From NCBI GenBank assembly GCA_963815195.1, contig CAWFGE010000004.1, positions 32,001 to 96,000 on the forward strand: a DNA stretch of 64,000 nucleotides, written 5' to 3'. Shown piece by piece: positions 8,822 to 18,708 of this stretch. This DNA comes from an uncultured Planctomycetaceae bacterium. Its GTDB lineage: Bacteria > Planctomycetota > Planctomycetia > Planctomycetales > Planctomycetaceae. Position numbers and translations under genes: made by a program. The first letter of the stretch is position 1; each line of letters begins with the position of its first letter. The notes below the pieces were generated by a model. The model had not been told where the DNA came from and did no database searches. It worked only from the letters and a program-made list of their open reading frames with translations.

Positions 8822-10822
8822 CTACCGGCGGGTTTTGGATTTCTTGCCGCGACGTTTCGACGCGGTGTTCTGGCCTTTTTCGCGTCCGGCATTCTGGCCG
8901 GTCGGGTACAGTCCCCGACTCGCCGAGGCGGCCGCCGCGTTGTCGCCGGATTGGGAACCTTCACTCGCTTTTTTTTTGCCGATGTCCAAGAGTTTGCGTT
9001 CGCCCATGCCCCACAAACTGGAGGCGATAAAGTAGACGCACAAACCGGCCGGGACATGATAGAACAAGAAGCCCATGAAGATCATCATGAAGTTCATCAT
9101 CTTGTGCTGCATCTGGGCTTGCTCGTCGTCCGGATCGGGGGCCGGCATGAACATTTTCTGCTGGACGATGAACAACACCACCGTCACCATCGGCAGCAAA
9201 TTGAAGTTCCACCCGAGAAACGGCACGCGGAAGGGAAATGGAAACAACGCATCCGGGGCGGCCAGGTTGTCCACCCACAAAAACGGAGCGCCCCGCAAAT
9301 CGACCGCGTGGCCCAGGGCGCTATAGAGCCCAATGAAGATCGGCAACTGAAACACCATCGGCAAGCAGCCGGCGAAAGGGTTGTAGCCCGCGTCGCGGAA
9401 CAGGTCCATTTGGGCCTGGGCGAATTTTTGCTTGTCGTCGCCATACTTCTTTTTGAGTTCCTGCAGCTTCGGCTGGAGTTCCTTCATCCGGGCGGCGCTT
9501 TGGGCTTGCTTCCGGGACAGCGGAAACAACGCCCCCCGCACCATGATGGTCAAACAGATGATCGCCAGCCCATAGGGAAACAACAGGGCGTTGTGCAAAA
9601 ACGACAGCACCGCGAGCATGCCTTTGCTGATCCAGCCGAACCAGCCGAACTCGAGCACCGCCCCGGCTTGCATATTGTCCAAAAGCGCTTGCCGTTTGGG
9701 GCCGGCGTAGAGCGTGTAGTGATCCTCGAATTGGCCGTCCTTCGCCAGTTCGCGCGGTTTGGACGTCAGTTCGATGCTGACCTCGCTTGTCTGGGGCTCG
9801 TCCGTATCGATCCAAATGGCTTCCGGGGTGTAGGAGGCGATTTTGTCGGTCGTGGGCTCCTTGGAATCGTTGTAAATCAACGTCGCGAAAAACTGCCCGT
9901 CCACACCCACGTAGCGAAAGGGGGCGGACCATTCCTCCACGTCGTTCGCCTCGATGGATTTCACGAGATCCTTGGCGGTGACGGAGTCATCAGAGATTTT
10001 CCCGCCTTTGACGATCCCCAGCTTGATGTCGCGAAACTTGCGGGTGCTTTCGCGATCTTCCAACGGCATGCCCACGGGGCCTTGCAGCTTGTAGTGGACC
10101 TGGGCTTTTTCCGCCTGAAGGTTTTGAACCCGGACCGCCAAATGCAGGAAATAGCCTTCGGTGTTGGTGTCGCGATTCTCCTTCGAGTAGCCGCCTTTGC
10201 CGTTGCCTTTTTTCAGTTCGTAAAGTTTATCCAAGCGAAATTTTCCGGGGATTTCGTAGTGAAACACCGCCCTCGATTGGTTGGACTCTTTGTTGTCGTA
10301 GTCCCAGTCCACGGTTTTGAGGTTCACCCGCTCGGCGGCGAGCAGGCGGTCGATTTCGGGAAAGTCCGTCTGGAACGTGCGAAAGATTTCGCGGTTTTTG
10401 CCTTCGGTCGGCTCCGCCAACGTGAGGGGCTGCTTGTGATCGACCAGGTCGCGGTAGCGGGGATCGTTCAATTCGATTCGCGAGACGGCCGCCCCGGCGG
10501 TGGTGAGAAGCGCCCGGTAGAAGTAGCCGCTGTCGGGATCGAGCGAACCGATGGCGATGTTGTCCAAATGGGGATGCCGTTTGCGTTTTTGTTTTTGCCC
10601 GTCCGCTTGGGGCTTCGCGGGCTTCTCGGCAATGGCGGGGACGTGTTCCGGCTGTTTTGGGGGTTTGGGTTTCTCGCCGGGTTCATTTTTCCGCGCTGGG
10701 GCCGGCTGGCCGGCGTTTTGGCGCTGCGGCAGGAGTTTGGGAAGGATTAAAGTCTGCCAACTGATCAGCAGGAGTGCCGAAACCAGCACGAACAGCACGA
10801 CGCGTCGGGGGGAAAATTCCAT
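8822..10822 (-). CDS. yidC: Membrane protein insertase YidC
   Basis: YAGPK, YGLAIICLTIMVRG, MKELQPKL, NPFAGCLP and PAGLCVYF motifs. Confidence 0.95.
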   Translation of the reverse strand: MEFSPRRVVLFVLVSALLLISWQTLILPKLLPQRQNAGQPAPARKNEPGEKPKPPKQPEHVPAIAEKPAKPQADGQKQKRKRHPHLDNIAIGSLDPDSGYFYRALLTTAGAAVSRIELNDPRYRDLVDHKQPLTLAEPTEGKNREIFRTFQTDFPEIDRLLAAERVNLKTVDWDYDNKESNQSRAVFHYEIPGKFRLDKLYELKKGNGKGGYSKENRDTNTEGYFLHLAVRVQNLQAEKAQVHYKLQGPVGMPLEDRESTRKFRDIKLGIVKGGKISDDSVTAKDLVKSIEANDVEEWSAPFRYVGVDGQFFATLIYNDSKEPTTDKIASYTPEAIWIDTDEPQTSEVSIELTSKPRELAKDGQFEDHYTLYAGPKRQALLDNMQAGAVLEFGWFGWISKGMLAVLSFLHNALLFPYGLAIICLTIMVRGALFPLSRKQAQSAARMKELQPKLQELKKKYGDDKQKFAQAQMDLFRDAGYNPFAGCLPMVFQLPIFIGLYSALGHAVDLRGAPFLWVDNLAAPDALFPFPFRVPFLGWNFNLLPMVTVVLFIVQQKMFMPAPDPDDEQAQMQHKMMNFMMIFMGFLFYHVPAGLCVYFIASSLWGMGERKLLDIGKKKASEGSQSGDNAAAASASRGLYPTGQNAGREKGQNTASKRRGKKSKTRR

Positions 10823-10824
10823 AA

Positions 10825-11589
10825 TTACCGACCGTCCCTGAGACGGTCACCCAAGAAGTTGTCGAGGTCGGGGATGTTGTAAATCTTCTCGGCGGTTTTG
10901 CCGAAATCGTATTCGACCCGTTGGAACTTCACCGTGGACCCATCCGCGTCCGAACTTTCGATAATTACATAAGACGAGCGGTTGTCGCCGTTTCGCGGTT
11001 GTCCGACCGAACCGACGTTGATCAGCACTTTTGGCTCGCCCAGAGGGTATTTCATGTCGATTTCTTCGGGGGCGAGAAAGTTCAAATCCTCGGTGAAAAC
11101 GCCGGGGATGTGCGTATGCCCTTGGAAGCAATACTTCTTCACCAGGCCGAAAATGCGTTCCATTTTCCGCTGGTTGTAAATATCTTCGGGGAAGACGTAT
11201 TCGTTGAGGGGATTCCGCGCCGAGCCGTGGACAAAGAGGAAGTCCCCGTCGCGGTGCATGCGGGGCAACTCGCCGAGAAACTCCCACCGCTGTTTGTTGC
11301 CTTTGGGGTCGCCCGTTTCGAGCATTTTGCGGGTCCAGAAAATGGCCCGCTCGGCCCCGGCGTTAAACCCTTCCGGATCGAAGAGCGCGCCCTGGTCGTG
11401 GTTTCCCAACAGGCACATTTGGCAGTTTTCGATTACCAAATCGATGCATTCGCGGGGGTTGGGACCGTAACCAATGATGTCGCCCAGACAATAAATCTCG
11501 GAAACCCCTTGTTCTTTTGCGTGCGCGAGCACCGCCTCGAGGGCTTCGAGGTTTCCGTGAATATCGCTGATAAGTGCTTTCGAGGACAA
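10825..11589 (-). CDS. Metallophosphoesterase family protein
   Basis: [25 protein letters not shown] and NVGSVGQPR motifs; TTG start after AGGGAG. Confidence 0.9.
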   Translation of the reverse strand: MSSKALISDIHGNLEALEAVLAHAKEQGVSEIYCLGDIIGYGPNPRECIDLVIENCQMCLLGNHDQGALFDPEGFNAGAERAIFWTRKMLETGDPKGNKQRWEFLGELPRMHRDGDFLFVHGSARNPLNEYVFPEDIYNQRKMERIFGLVKKYCFQGHTHIPGVFTEDLNFLAPEEIDMKYPLGEPKVLINVGSVGQPRNGDNRSSYVIIESSDADGSTVKFQRVEYDFGKTAEKIYNIPDLDNFLGDRLRDGR

Positions 11590-12153
11590 CGGTCGCTCCC
11601 TGGATGAATCGTCCGTCAGGTTCCAAGGGATCTTCGTTACACAAATTCCCTGTCTAACCCCGGAGTGTAAGTTTGAGACGACGAGAGGGTCAAGTTCACT
11701 AGGCAAAAAGGGGGAGGGTCCGGCATTCGCATCCCGGAAAATCCGCGTCCTGGGCCATTCGCCCGCTGGACGGGAATCTTATATGGATCGGCCGGAAACG
11801 CCCGCCGCGGCAAAAATTCTCCCCAAATCGGGGGCTTGCGAACACAACCCTGCGTCGGTGAGGGGAAAACGCTCAATTATAGATCGCTTTTCCGGTGATG
11901 CAACTCGTCAACACGCCAATGTCGCAAACCCGCATCATTCGGGCGAAATCGGGCCTCCACCGCGTTTGAGGACAGTTTTTTGCGCCGATTTTGTTTGGGC
12001 CCCAAACTGGTCCCGCCGAAAGGGGGTCGCGTGCTGCCGATGGTAATCATAAAGCGGATCATCCCGCCAGGAATCGTTTTTTTGCAGCCGATCTAATAAA
12101 TTCTTCGAGAAACTTCGCGTTGGCGTCGCGAAACGCCTGCTGGGATGCCGTTT

Positions 12154-12978
12154 CTAGGGAGAAATCGTCGTCGAGATTTTCCGCGAATTCCCAATGGTTG
12201 AGGAACCCCGCACTAAGATCTGCTCTCGGGGATTTTTGTTTCGTTTCGCGGAGGACTCCGCGACCCATTCGCTCCAGGCGGACTCCAACGCCTCCACTCC
12301 GGTCAGGCGGTAATGGCGTTCGATCGCCCCGTCCCAATCGCCCGCCGCTCCGTCGCGCACAAAGGCAAGAAACCGCGACCGTCCGCCGTGCGCAATCAGA
12401 TACTCGGTGACGGAATGGCTCTGCGCATAAAAGGCGAACATCCGGCTCTTTTCTTGGGGATACTTTTCGAGTTCGAGGAATTTGCGGAACGAGATCGCCT
12501 GCCCGGTCTTTAAAAGTTGCTCCGCGACCAGCCGCTGCCGGATTTGCTCGGATTGCGCCTCGGCGATCATCGCGGCCCCTTCATCCGCCCAGCGAGGCAA
12601 TGTTTTTCCCAAAGCCGTCACCAAAATCGCATGCGTGATCTCGTGGGGCAGCACGTAATCCATCAGACGGTCGGGGGAGCCTTGCATCTCGATCCCGATG
12701 CGGATCACGTTTCCGCCGAGAAGCTCGTAATTGGTCCAGCCGCTGCCGTCTTCGTCCCGGCACTCCACCTCGATCCGGCAACGGAAATTCCAATCGCCCA
12801 GCGGCCGGTCCAGCCAACTGCGGGCGAGCGTCGTCCGGGACTGCTCCGCGGCTTCGCCGATGTCCCGGGCCACCGTCACCGAATCCGCGACGACTTCAAA
12901 ATGTTGTGTTTGATACTCCGCGGCACACAACGGGTGCAGAATCCCCCATCCCAGGAAGATCCCGGCTGCAATTTTCAT
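12154..12978 (-). CDS. Secreted zincin-like metallopeptidase (Peptidase MA-like)
   Basis: LPHEITH...PRWADEGAA...FYAQS gluzincin motif; signal peptide. Confidence 0.75.
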   Translation of the reverse strand: MKIAAGIFLGWGILHPLCAAEYQTQHFEVVADSVTVARDIGEAAEQSRTTLARSWLDRPLGDWNFRCRIEVECRDEDGSGWTNYELLGGNVIRIGIEMQGSPDRLMDYVLPHEITHAILVTALGKTLPRWADEGAAMIAEAQSEQIRQRLVAEQLLKTGQAISFRKFLELEKYPQEKSRMFAFYAQSHSVTEYLIAHGGRSRFLAFVRDGAAGDWDGAIERHYRLTGVEALESAWSEWVAESSAKRNKNPREQILVRGSSTIGNSRKISTTISP

Positions 12979-13257
12979 CCAATTCACGAGAAAGACCATC
13001 CTTGTTCTGTGAAGCCTATTCGGTGGGAATCCGGTCGTGAATCCCCCACAGTGATGGGACAATTCCATACCACAAGCCTAGAAGAAACTCCTAGGCCGAT
13101 CAAGGCAACTTACAAGAATCGCCCTATGACATTTACTGAGCAAATTTCTAGATTAAGTCCGATAGATTGCCATTCTGCGGACGGTACGATGAACCGAAAT
13201 TGCTCAGAAGGTCTGAGCGCAAGGAGACGTACTTCCACAGGAACAAGGAGAAGTCGG

Positions 13258-13881
13258 ATGAGAATGACATGGAAAGCGACGTGCGGGATGGCAATGGCGA
13301 TGAGCCTTTTCGTCGTGGTCCAGGCCTATTCCCAAGTGGGTCAGGCGCGAAACCAACGCGAGCAAAATCCCCTGGAAAGGAGAGCGGCGGGCCAACACCA
13401 GTTGAACCTGGCCAGCAAGCTCCTGGACATGAGCGTGAAGGACAAAGCCAATCAAACGATTGGCCAGATTCAGGATTTGGTCATCGATGAATCGGGGCAG
13501 GTCCAGTATCTGGCGGTCAGCACTCAGTCGCAGGACGCGCGAACGGGTGTGCCGGGAGCCCGCCAGCCCCAGCCTCGGACCCCTCGGACGACCACGCAGC
13601 CAGGACAAGCGGGAGCGGATCAGAATGAAAAGCTGACGCTGATCCCGTTCGAGCTGGCGCAAATCCACGAAGGCCAAACGCCGACCCAGAACTACGCCAG
13701 CGTGAATCTCGACAAGGACAAAATCACGCAGGCCCCCTCGTTCACGCGGACCCAGTTGACCATGGGCGGCCAACAGGCCCAGTGGATGTCGCAGGTCGAC
13801 AAGTTCTTCAATCGCCAAAAAGGAAACGTGGCGCGCCCCAATCTGAATGACCGCGAAGAACGAAAGGAACAGCAGAAATAA
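13258..13881 (+). CDS. Secreted PRC-barrel domain protein
   Basis: ASKLLDMSVKDKANQTIGQIQDLVIDESGQVQYLAV motif; AAGGAG RBS; signal peptide. Confidence 0.8.
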   Translation: MRMTWKATCGMAMAMSLFVVVQAYSQVGQARNQREQNPLERRAAGQHQLNLASKLLDMSVKDKANQTIGQIQDLVIDESGQVQYLAVSTQSQDARTGVPGARQPQPRTPRTTTQPGQAGADQNEKLTLIPFELAQIHEGQTPTQNYASVNLDKDKITQAPSFTRTQLTMGGQQAQWMSQVDKFFNRQKGNVARPNLNDREERKEQQK

Positions 13882-14014
13882 CTCCGGCCGCGGTCGAGAC
13901 GACTCCACCGCAATGTGTTCGTGCCCGTTGTGCCAAGCCCCGCGAGTCCCCGGATTCGCGGGGCTTTGATCTTCGCCCCGGTTTAAGGCGGCCGACGACC
14001 CAGCACGCCATTTT

Positions 14015-14773
14015 TTAGCCCGACCAGGATTGGCCGTTCCAGTGGATGACGCGTTCGAGCAGGTTCACCACGTCGGCGGCGAAGACGCTGAACAGCGTTT
14101 CCCCTTTTTCCGCGGTGGCGGGACGCGGGTCGCCGATGTGCCCGGTGGGACTGCGGTCCTTCGTGATCCAGCCCCGGCTCGCGGGTTGGAACGGATTGCC
14201 GAACTCCACCGGCTGCACCGACTCCAGATTCTGCACCAGTTCCGGGCGGATGCGGAGCATCATCGACGTTTCCCATTCGCAGGCGTGGCCCATGTGGGTT
14301 TGCTGGATCTCGGTGTTGACTTCGTGCGGCTGGCCGCCCAATGTCCAATAGGTCGAAGCCAACAGCAACAAGTCGTTCCGCTCGCGGTATTTCTGCCGAA
14401 GCTCGAACACGGCCTGCTGGCTGGGCACGATATTCCCGCCGTGCCCGTTGAGAAACACGATCCGCTTGAAATCGTGGAACAGAAAATTCTCCGCGAGGTC
14501 CCGCAGCAGATCGAGATACACCCGCGGCGAGGCGGTCATCGTGCCGGGGAAGTCCAGATGATGCTCCGAATTCCCCAGCCACATCAGCGGCGCAAACAGC
14601 ACGCGGTCCTCAAGTTTTTCCTGCGCCCTGCGGACCACTTCGCCCAACAGCAGGCTGTCCGTAAACACCGGCATGTGCCGGCCGTGCTGCTCAAGCGCGG
14701 CGATCGGAATCAGCACGGGCATATCCCTCGGCAACTTTTCCACTTGCGCCCAAGTCAAATCCGTCAACTGCAT
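14015..14773 (-). CDS. Creatininase/creatinine amidohydrolase family protein
   Basis: EQHGRHMP..TD, NGHGGN and GHACEWETS motifs. Confidence 0.9.
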   Translation of the reverse strand: MQLTDLTWAQVEKLPRDMPVLIPIAALEQHGRHMPVFTDSLLLGEVVRRAQEKLEDRVLFAPLMWLGNSEHHLDFPGTMTASPRVYLDLLRDLAENFLFHDFKRIVFLNGHGGNIVPSQQAVFELRQKYRERNDLLLLASTYWTLGGQPHEVNTEIQQTHMGHACEWETSMMLRIRPELVQNLESVQPVEFGNPFQPASRGWITKDRSPTGHIGDPRPATAEKGETLFSVFAADVVNLLERVIHWNGQSWSG

Positions 14774-14893
14774 AACGAGAACTCCTCAAAGAAAACCCAC
14801 GAACAAACCACCCCCACGCACCAAGAAAGCCATTGTGCGGTTTGGCGGGCGTTCTCGCAATCAGAAACTCGAAAGCGCCGATTCGGGGTGGCG

Positions 14894-14990
14894 CAGGTGG
14901 CACGTCCCTGAGCGAAGCGAAGGGCATGGCGAAGGGCAAAACTCGCTCCAAAAGTCCACGCCCTTCGCGGCGCTCCGGGGCGTGCCACCC
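14894..14990. repeat. REP/REPIN element (GGTGGCAC type)
   Basis: ggtggcacgtccctgagcgaagcgaagggc ... gcccttcgcggcgctccggggcgtgccacc inverted arms. Confidence 0.7.
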
Positions 14991-15003
14991 GATTCGATGA
15001 GGT

Positions 15004-15894
15004 TCAGGCGGAGGCGGCTTTGGGCGGGGCGATGTCCAGTCCGCCCAGGATTTCCTCGCAGGCTTTCGACTTGTTGAGCACATAAAAATGAATGCCCGGC
15101 ACGCCTTGGGCGATCAGTTCCCGGCATTGCTCGATCGCGTGCTCGACGCCGATTTCGTATTGAGCCTGTTTGTCGTCCTGGACCGCTTCCAGGCGGGACG
15201 CGAGATCGTCCGGGAAGATCGCCCCGCACATCCCGGTGATGCGTTTGATGCGGGCAAACTCCGTGATCGGCATGATGCCCGGAATCAAAGGCACGCCGAT
15301 CCCCGCCTGTTCGTAACACTCGCGGAAGCGGAAAAAGTTCGCGTTCTCGTAAAACAGTTGCGTGAAGACCGCATCCGCCCCGGCTTCGACCTTGCGCTTC
15401 AAGTTGAGAAGATCGGTCTCGGCGTCGGCACATTCCTGGTGCTTCTCGGGATAGCCGGCCACGCCGATGCCCAGCTCGGGGTAATGCTCGCGAATCAAGC
15501 CGACCAGTTCGTTCGCATAGCGGAGTCCGCCTGCGACGGCCTGGAACGTTTTCTCGCCCTGCGGCGGGTCGCCGCGGAGAGCCATGATGTTGCGAATCCC
15601 GCTCGCGGTCGCCTTTTCGAGCCAGGCCAGCAGTTCCTCGCGGGTCGAACCCACGCAGGTGAAATGCGACGTGGCCGGGATGTGAAACGTCTTCTGAATC
15701 TTCACGCACCAGTCGATGGTCCGGCTTTGCGTGGAGCCGCCGGCGCCGTAGGTGCAGGAAAAAAACGCCGGCCGATACGCCGCAAGCCGTTCCAGCGTCT
15801 GTTCGAGCGCCTCGTCGCCTTCGGAGGTTTTTGGGGGAAAGATCTCGATCGAGAGGCCAAAGTCTCCTTGGTGGTAAAACTCGCCAATCCGCAT
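15004..15894 (-). CDS. metF: 5,10-methylenetetrahydrofolate reductase
   Basis: [34 protein letters not shown] and HFYVLNKS motifs. Confidence 0.95.
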   Translation of the reverse strand: MRIGEFYHQGDFGLSIEIFPPKTSEGDEALEQTLERLAAYRPAFFSCTYGAGGSTQSRTIDWCVKIQKTFHIPATSHFTCVGSTREELLAWLEKATASGIRNIMALRGDPPQGEKTFQAVAGGLRYANELVGLIREHYPELGIGVAGYPEKHQECADAETDLLNLKRKVEAGADAVFTQLFYENANFFRFRECYEQAGIGVPLIPGIMPITEFARIKRITGMCGAIFPDDLASRLEAVQDDKQAQYEIGVEHAIEQCRELIAQGVPGIHFYVLNKSKACEEILGGLDIAPPKAASA

Positions 15895-16097
15895 GGGCCA
15901 TTCCTTTCTGCCGTCGCGGCCGGTTGGGGTTTCCGATTTGGGAAATTGGGATTCGGGCACGTTCGGCAATCTACAAAATTCTGGGTGTCGCTAAAATATC
16001 AATCGAATTTCCATTGTGTCAAACAAACACGCGTCGTCAAGAACGCGCTCGCACCTGCGGGAAAAAGCCGACGGAAAAAGCCAAAATCGGAGCGTTT

Positions 16098-18398
16098 TCA
16101 CTCCATTTCTTGCGGCTCTTCGGCGGAGGCTTCGCTCTTGCGGCCGAACAGCGACAAGAGCGCCGGCAGAAACACCAGGTCGCCGAACAGGGCGGACGAA
16201 ATCGTGAGGCCGCCCATCGTGGCGAAGATTCGCTGGTCGCGCATGTCGCTGAACATGACCGTGGCGAAGCCGACGACGAGCACGAGGGTCGTCATAATCA
16301 GCGCGGTCCCCGTGCCGATGAACGCCCGCTGGATCGCGTCGGTGATGGTCGCGGTTTTTAATTCCTCGCGATACCGCGTGAGGAAGTGAATCGTATCGTC
16401 CACCGCGATCCCCAGGCACACCGTGAACGCGCACACGCTCGCCAGTTCCAAAGCTTGCCCGGTCGCCACAAGATACGCCCCCGTCACCGCCAACGGGAAC
16501 AGGTTTGGAATCACCGCGATCAAGCCCAACCGCAGCGAACGGTACGCGAGCATCAACGTCAGAAAAATAATGAACGACGCGCTGCCCAGACTCCAGGCCA
16601 GGTCCATCACGATTTGATACAGGTTCTCCCACCGCCGGACCGGCGAGCCCGTCAGCTCGAATTGGAATTGCGGATGCTGTTTTTGGAGTTCCTGGAGGCC
16701 GTGTTGAATCCGCGTAAACACGGGGCCGTATTGGGCGATGCCCAAATCCTGCACGCGGAAGTTGACCACGGCCCGCCTATCTTCCGGCTGATAAAACGCC
16801 CGCTTGAGTGGCGGCGGCATGAGTTCCAACAGCGGCATCCGATCCTCCGCCCGGCCTTCGCCCGGGAGCACATCCACAAAATTCCGCATCGACAGCGGAT
16901 GCCCGATCAGGTCTTCTTTCTTGAGAAGTTCGTTGACCCGGCTCACGGCGGTCAGGATTTCGGGCGAATCCTCGGGCACCTTCTCCGACCAGCGGATGTC
17001 GACCAGGCCCGTCTCCAAGCCGCCGAACGCGCGGTCCATGTGGTCGATCGCAACCGAGGCTTCCGAAGTGGACGGCAGGGCGTTCGATCGGCGTTCGTCG
17101 GGGCGCAACGTCAGCGAGATGCCCGCGAGAATCAGCGTGGACAACACGCCGACGAGGCTCACAAGTTTCGCCTGCCGGAGCACCCAGGCAATGACGTCTC
17201 CAATGCGGCTCAGATGCCGATGCACGATCGCCTTTTCCTGCCCGAGATGAATCTTCGATCCCAGCCACGTCGAGCAGGCGAGGGGAATGATCGTGATCAC
17301 GGCGAGAAATGTAAGCACGACGCCGATGACGCAGCTCCAGCCGAACTCGCGGACGATTTCGTGATGCGCAAGTCCCAGCGAACCGAAGCCGATGGCCGTC
17401 GTGAGGGAAGTCAATCCGCACGCCAGTCCGACTTTGCAGATCCCTGCGCGGGCGGCATCGCGCGGAGCCAGCCCATTGCCGCGCTGCCGGCGGATTTCGA
17501 CCATCAAATGCACGCCGTCGGTGAGGGCGACAAGACTCAACAGAACGGGCAGCACGACGTCGTTAAACGGGTTATCCTGCAGCTCGAAAAAATGCAGAAT
17601 CCCCAGCGACCAGAACACGCCCAGGCAAGGGGCGAGCGACACGATCATCACCGCCCGCAGCCCGCGGAACAGAACGATCGCCATCAAAAATACGCTGGCA
17701 TAGCCGATGACCTGGTAATTCCAGCGGTTCTTTCGCTGGGCCTCCATGAAGGTCAAATAGATCGGCACCCGCCCGGTGACCAGAAACGAAAACTTCGCAT
17801 CCGGATAATCCGCAGCCGCGGCTTCGGCGGCTTCTTTGAGATGCGTGGTGCAATCTTCATCGCTGGTGACGAACAGCCAATCCAGCTTGACCATCATGAG
17901 CAGCGTTCGCCCGTCGGGGGACAAGAGTTGCCCGCCGACCAACGGATGTTCGAGGGCTTTTTCGCGAGCCGCCGCGAACTGCCGGGCGGAGGCATCCGAG
18001 CGGGGGAACAGCGATTCCCGCAGGCCGAACACATTCAGCACCGGCACGCGGTCCATCCAGAATACGCTTTCGACGTAATCCAACCCTTCGAGCGACCGCA
18101 CCATCGCCCGCAGCGCCTCGGCTCCGGCCGGCGTGAAGATGTCGTCGGACTCCACCACCAAAATCACGTCCGCATCGTTCAGCCGGATCGGTTCGACGTT
18201 CGGCCCGCGGGGAGCCTTTTGCTCAGGACCCGGCGACCATTTCGCAGGCTCCGTCTCGTCGGATCGAAGAAACCGCGTCAACTTTTCGGGAGCAACATAT
18301 CCCAACCCCGCCAAACCGCTGAGCGCAATGATAAAAAGCCCCACCCACCACGGATGATCCACCGTCCAGCCAAACACACGATCAAAGAGGCGAGTCAC
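16098..18398 (-). CDS. MMPL/RND family transporter
   Basis: Two transmembrane blocks with TDGVHL and GIAVDDTIHFL; LTSLTTAIGF. Confidence 0.88.
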   Translation of the reverse strand: MTRLFDRVFGWTVDHPWWVGLFIIALSGLAGLGYVAPEKLTRFLRSDETEPAKWSPGPEQKAPRGPNVEPIRLNDADVILVVESDDIFTPAGAEALRAMVRSLEGLDYVESVFWMDRVPVLNVFGLRESLFPRSDASARQFAAAREKALEHPLVGGQLLSPDGRTLLMMVKLDWLFVTSDEDCTTHLKEAAEAAAADYPDAKFSFLVTGRVPIYLTFMEAQRKNRWNYQVIGYASVFLMAIVLFRGLRAVMIVSLAPCLGVFWSLGILHFFELQDNPFNDVVLPVLLSLVALTDGVHLMVEIRRQRGNGLAPRDAARAGICKVGLACGLTSLTTAIGFGSLGLAHHEIVREFGWSCVIGVVLTFLAVITIIPLACSTWLGSKIHLGQEKAIVHRHLSRIGDVIAWVLRQAKLVSLVGVLSTLILAGISLTLRPDERRSNALPSTSEASVAIDHMDRAFGGLETGLVDIRWSEKVPEDSPEILTAVSRVNELLKKEDLIGHPLSMRNFVDVLPGEGRAEDRMPLLELMPPPLKRAFYQPEDRRAVVNFRVQDLGIAQYGPVFTRIQHGLQELQKQHPQFQFELTGSPVRRWENLYQIVMDLAWSLGSASFIIFLTLMLAYRSLRLGLIAVIPNLFPLAVTGAYLVATGQALELASVCAFTVCLGIAVDDTIHFLTRYREELKTATITDAIQRAFIGTGTALIMTTLVLVVGFATVMFSDMRDQRIFATMGGLTISSALFGDLVFLPALLSLFGRKSEASAEEPQEME

Positions 18399-18450
18399 AA
18401 AGCGGACAATTCAGAAGGAACCACGGATAACACGAATAAAACCGATTCGC

Positions 18451-18598
18451 CCTCGTTCCCAAGCTCTGCTTGGGAACGCACTCTCGCGAAGCTCCGCTTC
18501 GCAACGCATCGATATACCATTGGCCGGCCGACATTACACGCGCGGCCAAGGAGAGCTTGGCGACCAGTGCGTTCCCAAGCTGGAGCTTGGGAACGAGG
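18451..18598. repeat. REP/REPIN element (CTCGTTCCCAAGCT type)
   Basis: cctcgttcccaagctctgcttgggaacgcact ... agtgcgttcccaagctggagcttgggaacgagg. Confidence 0.85.
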
Positions 18599-18708
18599 GG
18601 GAGACTGCATCCGTCGATTGGTCGCAGCTCAACGAGGGCAACAAACACTCTTTTTTCCATTTCATTCATTGCAGGAACCCGCCTGAATATGCGTTGTATA
18701 CATTGGCC

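Noticed and set aside
8756..10750. Long antisense ORFs (e.g. 664 aa opposite yidC, 808 aa opposite addA, 834 aa opposite the WD40 gene)
   Set aside because: Shadow ORFs expected from high-GC codon bias; no recognisable motifs
15895..16097. SAM or SAH riboswitch upstream of metF
   Set aside because: No recognisable consensus; the region contains only heptamer-like repeats
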